Shown: positions 1-6,812, numbered from the stretch's first letter. The stretch: 32,000 nucleotides of DNA from Microcystis aeruginosa NIES-2549 (GCF_000981785.2 NZ_CP011304.1:1980001-2012000); one strand, 5' to 3'. Program-made: numbers and translations. The notes: a model not told the origin generated them from the sequence alone.

Positions 1-1129
1 CTACCTTTCTTCCAATATTTAAGGAACCATTAATATCTGCTCCATAGAAATAACCCGACGAGCTTCTGAATAGTCCTCTTTTAATTCTCTTGCCTAAATA
101 GCTTTTTTGCTTTTGAATAGACTCTAAGTCTAAGAAACTACATTTAGAGGTATAGCTTTCATTAGTTGTTTTGACCTCTATTCCTACTAAATTTGCTTTA
201 TAGGTAAGTTGTTCGATAAACCTTGAATGAGGAATATTTACGAATGACTGGTTATTTCTATCTCCAATATTAATGTTTTGTTTCCAGCCTTGATTATGAC
301 CAATAACTAAAAGGTTAATTTGATGAGCTAGTAATTTATCAATAATATATTTACTAGCGGTGTGGAGGTAATAATCCACCTGGCAATTACGCTTTAAAGT
401 TAAACCTTGTATTCTTTTACTGGTCTTCTGTAGACTGGGTAATTCCGATTTGAGTTTAGCTAGTGTCTTGTTGTACTTTTGATTGCAGGATTTTAAGGCT
501 TTTCCACATACTAAAGTTGGCTGAAATTCGGGAATATTAGAGGTAACAGCAGCTAGGTTATTTAAGCCTAAATCGATAAAAGCATATCTTTCTCCCTCTT
601 GACTTGATGAGGATGGTTGTTCATAGACAATCTCTAAACAATAAGCACCCAATTTAGGAATAATCCTGACCTCTAAGACTTCCTTTAAATTAGTTTTAAA
701 TTCTAAATTAGTCCCTGATAGCTTGATTAAACCTTGCTTCAACGCTTTTTTAGAAATGGCTTGATAGTTATAAGTTAAAACGTTTCTACCTTTTTCCTTG
801 TCTTTGTATCTTGGCAACTTAGGCTCTCCTGTAAATTTATCTGGCGATTTTTTGTATTGTTCTTTCGCTTTTTGGTAGGATTTAAAGGTTTTTTCTACTT
901 GCTTTAATACTAACTGACTTACTTTGGCGGGTAAGGCTTGATAATCTGGACTCATTTTTAAGGCATGATGTAACTCAGTCATTGTTAAAAATGGTTGATG
1001 TGAAAAGAAAACTTGACGGTTTAAATAAACAGCACAATTATACAGATTCTTCGATAAAAATCCTAATTTATCAATTACTGAATAATTTTTGTGATTAAAT
1101 TTAATTAGATGTTTTTGAACTAATTTCAT
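1..1129 (-). CDS. tnpB: TnpB/OrfB RuvC-like (OMEGA-type) nuclease, C-terminus outside the window
   Basis: The minus-strand frame is open from the ATG at 1129 to base 1. It is absent from the ORF track because no stop falls in the window. My translation reads MKLVQKHLIKFNHKNYSVIDKLGF...YAFIDLGLNNLAAVTS...TTNESYTSKCSFLD...GADINGSLNIGRKV. This gives the D...E(SYTSKC)...D(INGSLNI) order typical of TnpB. Confidence 0.85.
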   Translation of the reverse strand, partial: MKLVQKHLIKFNHKNYSVIDKLGFLSKNLYNCAVYLNRQVFFSHQPFLTMTELHHALKMSPDYQALPAKVSQLVLKQVEKTFKSYQKAKEQYKKSPDKFTGEPKLPRYKDKEKGRNVLTYNYQAISKKALKQGLIKLSGTNLEFKTNLKEVLEVRIIPKLGAYCLEIVYEQPSSSSQEGERYAFIDLGLNNLAAVTSNIPEFQPTLVCGKALKSCNQKYNKTLAKLKSELPSLQKTSKRIQGLTLKRNCQVDYYLHTASKYIIDKLLAHQINLLVIGHNQGWKQNINIGDRNNQSFVNIPHSRFIEQLTYKANLVGIEVKTTNESYTSKCSFLDLESIQKQKSYLGKRIKRGLFRSSSGYFYGADINGSLNIGRKV

Positions 1130-1637
1130 CATTCTCCTCAAGGCATTTAATTAAACATTCTGTCTTTCTATTTCGTTGTCTTAATGAGTATAATCGAGCG
1201 CAAAATGAGGTAATTATGCTCACGAAGTCTTGCCTTAAATCGTCTTTTCTTTCTTCTGCTAGATTAACGACCTCTATATCTCTATTTGTTTGACTTAAAA
1301 GAACTTTCAGATAATTAAACCCTACTCTGCTTAAACGATCTTTATGTTCTACGACAATCAAATTATCATCAGTTTGTTCTAGAAGTTTTAATAATAGCTT
1401 TCGATGATCATTGACTCCACTTCCTACTTCTTTAACTACTCGAACAATTTGATAGCCTTTCGCAATACAATAAGCTTCCAATCTTTTTGCCTGAGTCTCT
1501 AAGTTAGATTGATTTTCTGAACTAGAAACTCGCGCATAAATAGCTACTTTATTTTCACCGCAAGAACGGTCATCTTCAAAAATAATAATTGTTCCTGTAG
1601 GAAGACGTTCTCCTTGTAACTGCCCTCGATTCCACAT
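1101..1637 (-). CDS. tnpA: IS607-type transposase TnpA (serine recombinase/resolvase catalytic domain)
   Basis: VAIYARVSSSENQSNLETQ is the resolvase catalytic-serine motif, and VVEHKDRLSRVGF is the resolvase core. The frame stays open upstream to about 1694 and encodes IKLSDYAKKKGISYDTAWR (MerR-like HTH), but without a canonical start codon. Confidence 0.8.
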   Translation of the reverse strand: MWNRGQLQGERLPTGTIIIFEDDRSCGENKVAIYARVSSSENQSNLETQAKRLEAYCIAKGYQIVRVVKEVGSGVNDHRKLLLKLLEQTDDNLIVVEHKDRLSRVGFNYLKVLLSQTNRDIEVVNLAEERKDDLRQDFVSIITSFCARLYSLRQRNRKTECLIKCLEENDEISSKTSN

Positions 1638-1760
1638 TCTCCAAGCAGTGTCATAACTGATCCCTTTTTTCTTAGCATAATCTGATAGTTTTATATGAAC
1701 TGCAATGTAAACTTGTACTAACCATATTAGCAGTTGTTTGCAGTTATTTGCATATATTTT

Positions 1761-1943
1761 TTATAAAACTTTACAATACCCAAATGGCTCAAGTTTGCGG
1801 CTTGCCGCTAAATATTCGCAGGCAACCTGCCAAATTAAAACTCCCTCTGTCAGATTAGCTACTAGAGAAGCTGCGATTGCCTGCTTACTAGGATAACGCG
1901 AATCATTGACGTAAATTAAAACATTTGTGTCAACGGCGTTCAT
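1761..1943 (-). pseudogene. vapC: PIN-domain toxin (VapC-like) truncated at its C-terminus by the IS607 insertion
   Basis: MNAVDTNVLIYVNDS... is a PIN N-terminal acidic motif. Only about 57 PIN-like residues remain before the frame runs into IS-flanking sequence (CKVL stop). The start overlaps the stop of the upstream antitoxin gene. Confidence 0.65.
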
Positions 1944-2172
1944 GCAACATATCTCTAGTAAACTGGGGAGCATCAGAGGGAATGGGGTTTTGTTGCATTC
2001 GCTCAACAAGCAGTCTTAAAAAATTCTGCCTAGCCGCAATATCGGTAATCTTTGGGGGAATAATTTGAGGTGATTTGACAAAAAGCTCCACCTCAGTGCC
2101 TTCAGGTAAATCGTAAGCTGTTTGAAGGATGAACGTACCACTATGATAAATCGCTTTCAAGGCTTGGGGCAT
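1930..2172 (-). CDS. AF2212/DUF104-like antitoxin, partner of the truncated PIN toxin
   Basis: The N-terminus AIYHSGTFILQTAYDLPEGTEVELFV matches the AIYENGVFKP...LPEGT pattern of DUF104 antitoxins. The gene is small and overlaps the PIN start. Confidence 0.6.
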   Translation of the reverse strand: MPQALKAIYHSGTFILQTAYDLPEGTEVELFVKSPQIIPPKITDIAARQNFLRLLVERMQQNPIPSDAPQFTRDMLHERR

Positions 2173-2312
2173 GGGGAAATCTCTATCACAAGAATTAGGG
2201 GTGATTTAGTTAGCTGCTTACAGTCTAGCCTACAGGATTGCCCCTCTATTTTAACCAACGCTAACATTCCTCAACTTGGCCCACCAGAGCGGCATCGCAC
2301 TTTAACCCACAG

Positions 2313-2395
2313 CTTCAATAAATGTGCATGGTGCGTTCCCCAAAAATCGATCAGTGGAGCAGTGGGAGCCACATTAGGGAACGCACCCTACAGCT
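2313..2395 (+). repeat. 83-bp hairpin-forming dispersed repeat, copy A
   Basis: Nearly identical to 3398-3480 in the same orientation. The internal inverted repeat is GGTGCGTTCCC (2330-2340) / GGGAACGCACC (2377-2387). Confidence 0.9.
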
Positions 2396-2566
2396 ACAAG
2401 ATCAGCGTGCTGCTACGCAGTGCCTTCGGCATCGCACTACCTCCGCCAAAAGATGAAGCGGTATAACGGTAAAGTGCAGCGGCGGCAGATACCCTCAAAC
2501 TCAACACAAGCGGCTTTCGCCCGTCCGCTGCCACGCAGTGTTAGCTGGCTGGCAAGAGCAACCAAC

Positions 2567-2995
2567 CTATCCCGAAACAGGAGCTTTGGGGCTAACTGCA
2601 AACTCTAGCTGTGAACGGTAGAAGCAGACATCAAACTCCATAAAGAAGTTCACCTGCCCCAAGATAAGCGGCAGGTTGGTAGCTTGTGTCCAGGCAAATA
2701 CCAGTTGCACGGGATCAAATTGCCCAACGACCGCTTGAGCAAGTACGACACGCGCCTCATATTGAGCCAAATTTCCTGTCAAACTCAGTGCTGTTGTTTG
2801 CCGATCCCATTCGTACCCAAGCTCGACTCCTACTGAATATGGTAGTACGTTTACACTTGCTCCAGTGTCCAATAGACCGGATGCTGTGACAGAAGCTTGT
2901 CTGTAAAACAGAGTAAAAGGCAAATGCGGACGAAAACTGGCTTCACCTAATGCCGCGTCACCAGAAACAAATGGATATCGCTCAGCGTTACCCAT
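2567..2995 (-). CDS. Retropepsin-like (clan AA) aspartyl protease
   Basis: GLLDTGASVNVLP contains the D-T-G-A active-site signature in a ~140-aa protein, the size of single-lobe bacterial retropepsin-like proteases. Its start overlaps the upstream small gene by 8 nt. Confidence 0.7.
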   Translation of the reverse strand: MGNAERYPFVSGDAALGEASFRPHLPFTLFYRQASVTASGLLDTGASVNVLPYSVGVELGYEWDRQTTALSLTGNLAQYEARVVLAQAVVGQFDPVQLVFAWTQATNLPLILGQVNFFMEFDVCFYRSQLEFAVSPKAPVSG

Positions 2996-3203
2996 GGTCT
3001 TGAGCTTTGGTAGCCTGTAGCACTTTTAACATCGTATCTGCTGCCTCAACCGCATCATAGGGCGACCACACTGGGTAAGCCTGACCCTGTTTAATCAAAT
3101 CTGTCTCCTGTTGGGCTAGTTCTGAAATCAGGAGCTGCATGATATAAAACTTATCTGAACGACCCAGTTCTCTCAATGCCGAGATTAATTCTGATGAAAC
3201 CAT
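2988..3203 (-). CDS. Small (71 aa) helical protein translationally coupled to the retropepsin-like protease
   Basis: ATG start, 8-nt overlap with the downstream protease gene, and no recognisable catalytic motif. The architecture resembles an antitoxin/adaptor-plus-enzyme pair. Confidence 0.55.
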   Translation of the reverse strand: MVSSELISALRELGRSDKFYIMQLLISELAQQETDLIKQGQAYPVWSPYDAVEAADTMLKVLQATKAQDHG

Positions 3204-3397
3204 ATAAAATGAAATGCTCTTGTCAAGCTAGGTTTACCCTTTTATTCTAATCGCGCCAACCCGATGCAGTGACGTGCTCGCTGAGCATACACGATACAAG
3301 ATCGGCGATCGCTTGGATGTTCGGCTAACTAAGCTTTCTTGAGCATTTTATCTCCTCGTCTTTACTCATTTTATTATAACAGGATTTGCTATCACAA

Positions 3398-3480
3398 CTT
3401 CAATCAATGTGCATGGTGCGTTCCCCAAAAATCGATCGCTGGAGCAGTAGGAGTCACATTAAGGAACGCACCCTACGGCT
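3398..3480 (+). repeat. 83-bp hairpin-forming dispersed repeat, copy B
   Basis: Direct repeat of 2313-2395 with a handful of substitutions. It overlaps the last codons of the 3473-3877 ORF. Confidence 0.9.
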
Positions 3481-3877
3481 GTAGCATTGAGGGATTTGCA
3501 ATAAGTCCTCCAAGACCAATGGCTACTATTAAGAACAATAGAGCAAACGCGATTGACATATAGGTTAAAGTTTCGGCATGAGGTCGCCAATCAATTCCAA
3601 GTTCTGCCTGATGATGCTTCACCCAATTTGACAAATCCCAAGTCTTCCATGTGCCGAAACAAAACATAATGAACGTCCCGATGCTGAGTAGAAATGGTAG
3701 TTGAAGAGCAAGCCGGATTAAGTTTTCGCTAAGTTTAGCGCTGATTACATAGGTCAAAATCGCCCCAATAATTCCAAAGGAAAAAGAGGCGGATTTGCAT
3801 AAATTTTCAAAATAAAATTTATGCAAATCTATCAGTTGTTCAAACTGAAGCCATTGATACTCTTTATCCTCGCTCAA
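3473..3877 (-). CDS. Small integral membrane protein (about 3 TM segments), function unknown
   Basis: TTG start preceded by AAGGAG 6 nt upstream. Hydrophobic stretches are FSFGIIGAILTYVISA, LPFLLSIGTFIMFCFG and MSIAFALLFLIVAIGLGGLI. It lies 99 nt downstream of vapC on the same strand. Confidence 0.55.
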   Translation of the reverse strand: MSEDKEYQWLQFEQLIDLHKFYFENLCKSASFSFGIIGAILTYVISAKLSENLIRLALQLPFLLSIGTFIMFCFGTWKTWDLSNWVKHHQAELGIDWRPHAETLTYMSIAFALLFLIVAIGLGGLIANPSMLQP

Positions 3878-3976
3878 GAACCAATTCTCCTTTTTTAACT
3901 TCAGATACCGATGAACTAGCCCTGTTTACACCCTCCACCGAGGACTTGCGGCATAACGGTCTAGTTAGGCTTTTCG

Positions 3977-4366
3977 CTAAGGGTAGGGTAATACATTTAA
4001 ATTTTGAATAAATCGGTAGTCTCGTTGATTCTTGGTGATAAAAGGGTAATTCCATATTATTGCTGTACCTGCAATCAAGCCATCGGCAATCAGCAAACCG
4101 TGACTTAGCCGATACAAGCGAAGTAAGTCAACCGCTTTGTCTGAAATAAGTTGGTCAATTCTGATTACATCAAACTGTTGAAGGAATTTTTCCAGCGTCC
4201 GTAACTCTGACTTGTTAGTGCAGCCAACAATTAGTTCCATTTGTGTAACTACGCTAATTGCTAATCTGGAACTTGATTGTAGCCTTTGCAGACAATTGAC
4301 TGCTTCAGAAATACCACGACCAACATCAATGATTATGTCGGTATCTACGATAGTTGAACTAGCCAT
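3977..4366 (-). CDS. vapC: PIN-domain ribonuclease toxin VapC
   Basis: IVDTDIIIDVGRG is the N-terminal PIN acidic motif. The protein is 129 aa, and its start overlaps the upstream antitoxin gene by 8 nt. Confidence 0.8.
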   Translation of the reverse strand: MASSTIVDTDIIIDVGRGISEAVNCLQRLQSSSRLAISVVTQMELIVGCTNKSELRTLEKFLQQFDVIRIDQLISDKAVDLLRLYRLSHGLLIADGLIAGTAIIWNYPFITKNQRDYRFIQNLNVLPYP

Positions 4367-4598
4367 TTGTCTTTGACCACTCGCTTTCTCGTAAATTTCG
4401 CACCCAAGTAGTACTATCTAAATCTTGACGATCGCGCCACATTCCAACAAAGGGATCATTAACTAAATCAACATTTGACGATGCAGACAGAGGTTCAGAA
4501 TATATGTACTTTTGTTTCAAAAAAGCGATCAGGCTGACTACTTGGCTCTGTGCTTCAGCAGGCAAAGATAAAAATTCACCTAAAATCTCATGAGTCAT
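4359..4598 (-). CDS. VapB-type antitoxin (DUF2281-like)
   Basis: The 79-aa protein has an N-terminal LSLPAEAQSQVVSLIAFLKQKY pattern typical of DUF2281 antitoxins. It sits immediately upstream of, and overlaps, the PIN toxin gene. Confidence 0.6.
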   Translation of the reverse strand: MTHEILGEFLSLPAEAQSQVVSLIAFLKQKYIYSEPLSASSNVDLVNDPFVGMWRDRQDLDSTTWVRNLRESEWSKTNG

Positions 4599-4889
4599 GG
4601 TTGTATCCTCCCCTATATCACGCCCAAAAGCGTGTTAGCCAGATTAGCTTACTGCAAAAAGCTTCCTTTAAGGAGACTTATCACAGAAGCCTTCTGGGAA
4701 TGTAGCAAAGATTCTTATATCTGGCTGCACTTTGTCACAAAATTTCACTATTATTTCGGGTAAGGTATGGTAAATCTCTTGATAGATAGGCCAGCGTTTT
4801 AATCGGGACTAACTTCTGGGAAAACCGCTATAGATCTCCTGCAAAAATCAAAAACCTGACCTTAGGTTAGGAGAATCCGAGACAGGAGG

Positions 4890-4946
4890 AGAAAAAAGAC
4901 ATAAAAATTTAGTACAAATGCTCTGCTCTCCCTGCTCTGGCGCTCC
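4890..4946 (+). repeat. Dispersed element with GTACAAATGCTCT core and pyrimidine-rich tail, copy 1
   Basis: It shares ...tAGTACAAATGCTCTG + C/T-rich tail with 7903-7960 (same orientation) and 6411-6458 (inverted). Confidence 0.7.
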
Positions 4947-6398
4947 CTAGCTTACCAGAGGTCGATTGCGACGACAATTATCGCAATGACCACAGCGAAA
5001 ATTATCGGCATTTTCCTGAAACCCAAAGGCATTTAAGAGAAAGTGCCAACGACAGCGACGGGTATAGAGGTAGGGAAATATCTCATTTTTGGGTTTAAAA
5101 GTCATCTTGGCTGAATTATGGCGATAAATAAGCCGATAATGAAAAGGATCGAGCCATTCTAGGCGATCGAGACTGTGTAAAAGGGAGAGAATGAGCGCAC
5201 CATCGGGAAATTCGGCACTAATCGCCTCTACTTTGCCCTCTAGGGGAATTTGGGCTAAAATTTGCCAAGCTTGTCGGTATTGGCGTTCCTGTTGGGAGTT
5301 AAAGAATTTTTGCTGGTTTTTATCGCTATTATCTAACCATCCCGTCGGTTCACTAATTAAGGTGAGAGCCTGCATTTTACCCCCATCGCGACCACCGCGG
5401 CCGATTTCCTGTAGGTATTCCGATAGTAAAGCCGGGGGTTGGTAGTGGACAACCCAACGCACATCGGGTTTATTGATACCCATGCCAAAAGCTGAGGTAC
5501 AGACAACAAAAGTTAAATCCCCCCGCAGCCAATTTTGTTCTATGTCCCGACGCTGAAAGGGGGATAAACCGGCATGATAGGCGCTGGTGCGATAGTGGAG
5601 AGATTGCAACCATGCCGCTAAATTTTCACTATGGCGACGGGAACGAGTATAGATCAGGCCGGATTGTCGAGGTTGACTGGTGAGGAAGTTTAATAGTTGA
5701 TGACGACGACAACCGGGGCTAATACATATTTTGGTGCTTAAGTCAAGGTTTTGACGGTAAGGATTTATTAAGAAAAGCTGCGGTTTTTCTAGTTGTAAGA
5801 CGCGGGTGAGAGTCTCACGGGTGGCGGGGTTAGCGGTGGCGGTAAAAGCAGCGATCGCTATTTGGCTGCCGGCCGGTTTCGATTGCAGCAGAGCGGGACG
5901 GACAGCACCGAGACGACGGTAAGCAGGACGAAAATTGTCGCCCCACTGGGTTAAACAATGGGCCTCGTCGAGGATGAGAGCGTTAATTTTAACGTGGGGA
6001 AGGGTTAATTTTGACCAGAGGGGCGGACTTAAGAGGGTTTCTGGGGAAAGATAGAGAAGTCGCAGGGTTTGATCTGCGATCGCTGCTAAGGTTTTCTTTC
6101 TCTGTTGTCGGGGGATTTCGTGATGAATCAGGGCGACGGGTAGTTTTTTGGCTAATAATTCCTCCACCTGATTTTCCATTAGGGCCACTAGGGGAGAAAT
6201 CACTAGGGTTAAGCCAGTTTTTAATAAAGCGGGCAATTGAAAACAGATAGATTTACCGAATCCCGTGGGCATGACAATCAGGGCATCTTTTGCCGCTAGA
6301 ATTGTCTCGATAATCTCCTGTTGGGGAAAGCGAAAGCTATCATAGCCCCAAATTTTCTGAAAAATAGTCTGGATGCTTTCGGTATCGTGGGAAGACAT
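4947..6398 (-). CDS. recQ: ATP-dependent DNA helicase, RecQ family (short form, no HRDC)
   Basis: FRFPQQEII, MPTGFGKSICFQLPAL (motif I), LDEAHC (DEAH box), TATA, AFGMGINKPDVRWVVHY and GRGGRDG motifs are present. There is also a C-terminal Cys cluster CGHCDNC. Confidence 0.9.
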   Translation of the reverse strand: MSSHDTESIQTIFQKIWGYDSFRFPQQEIIETILAAKDALIVMPTGFGKSICFQLPALLKTGLTLVISPLVALMENQVEELLAKKLPVALIHHEIPRQQRKKTLAAIADQTLRLLYLSPETLLSPPLWSKLTLPHVKINALILDEAHCLTQWGDNFRPAYRRLGAVRPALLQSKPAGSQIAIAAFTATANPATRETLTRVLQLEKPQLFLINPYRQNLDLSTKICISPGCRRHQLLNFLTSQPRQSGLIYTRSRRHSENLAAWLQSLHYRTSAYHAGLSPFQRRDIEQNWLRGDLTFVVCTSAFGMGINKPDVRWVVHYQPPALLSEYLQEIGRGGRDGGKMQALTLISEPTGWLDNSDKNQQKFFNSQQERQYRQAWQILAQIPLEGKVEAISAEFPDGALILSLLHSLDRLEWLDPFHYRLIYRHNSAKMTFKPKNEIFPYLYTRRCRWHFLLNAFGFQENADNFRCGHCDNCRRNRPLVS

Positions 6399-6410
6399 GG
6401 TTAGACTGCT

Positions 6411-6458
6411 GGGGAAGTGGGGTGTGGGGTGTAGGGGAGAGCATTTGTATTAAAATTC
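6411..6458 (-). repeat. Dispersed GTACAAATGCTCT-core element, copy 2 (inverted); its tail forms a four-run G4 motif on the plus strand
   Basis: The plus strand reads GGGGaagtGGGGtgtGGGGtgtaGGGGagAGCATTTGTAttaaaattc. Its reverse complement matches the element at 4890-4946 and 7903-7960. Confidence 0.7.
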
Positions 6459-6626
6459 AGGGGACTGTTTAAAGGCGCAACTGGTTAGAAACCTCTGGTT
6501 TAAACAGTTTGAGCGGTTGTTACTATCCCGGACGGGTAACAATTTTTCCCATAATTGAATTTTTTTTGCACTTTTTTAATAATCTGTTACACTTATAGCG
6601 ATCAATCCTTGTCTGGGGAATTACTG

Positions 6627-6812
6627 ATGACTGAACCTGTTAGCACCACTGACCCCGCAGTAGAAACTGGCGCCGAAGCGCAACCCAGTTACGTCAAACT
6701 GGCGATGCGGAATATGGTCAAGAAAAAAGGCGTCTCGTTAAAACACTTTTTTTTGACTACAGCAGCCCTATTAGGCTTTTTTGTCGGTATTTCCTATCTG
6801 ACGCGTCCCTAG
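6627..6812 (+). CDS. Small conserved-looking membrane protein (61 aa, one C-terminal TM)
   Basis: I prefer the ATG at 6627 over the TTG at 6555. The C-terminal stretch FFLTTAALLGFFVGISYL is hydrophobic. The gene sits directly upstream of ybeY. Confidence 0.5.
   Translation: MTEPVSTTDPAVETGAEAQPSYVKLAMRNMVKKKGVSLKHFFLTTAALLGFFVGISYLTRP

Larger units (their letters stand above)
1..1772 (-). mobile_element. IS607-family insertion sequence (serine-recombinase tnpA followed by tnpB), truncated by the window edge
   Basis: tnpA (serine recombinase) and tnpB lie on the minus strand and overlap by 29 nt, the usual IS607 layout. The inner boundary is placed near 1772 because the PIN-domain homology of the neighbouring reading frame stops there. 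IS607 elements have no terminal inverted repeats, so the exact end cannot be read from the sequence. Confidence 0.7.

Noticed and set aside
2122-2466. The 114-aa plus-strand ORF shares a CAWCVPQKSI..GAVG..L.NAPY peptide with ORF 3339-3563, which could suggest a paralogous gene pair.
   Set aside because: The shared peptide is exactly the translation of the 83-bp hairpin DNA repeat. Outside the repeat the two ORFs have nothing in common. ORF 2122-2466 overlaps the antitoxin gene, and ORF 3339-3563 overlaps the membrane-protein gene.
3864-4055. A 63-aa minus-strand ORF overlapping the vapC 3' end.
   Set aside because: It overlaps the well-supported PIN gene in another frame and extends into the spacer. 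There is no supporting signal.
4650-4900. A minus-strand open frame encoding SRLKRWPIYQEIYHTLPEIIVKFCDKVQPDIRIFATFPEGFCDKSP between vapB and recQ.
   Set aside because: It has no start codon, is bounded by an upstream stop, and carries no motif I recognise. It could be a gene relic, but that cannot be supported without blastx.
5191-6250. Plus-strand ORFs 5191-5445 and 6011-6250 inside recQ.
   Set aside because: They are antisense to a well-supported helicase gene, carry no motifs, and have the low-complexity composition typical of shadow ORFs. The same reasoning applies to 9455-9685, 13050-13286, 16962-17220, 17842-18048, 18220-18510, 19474-19767, 20119-21005, 23278-23466, 28242-28544, 30062-30244, 30945-31142 and 31614-31829.
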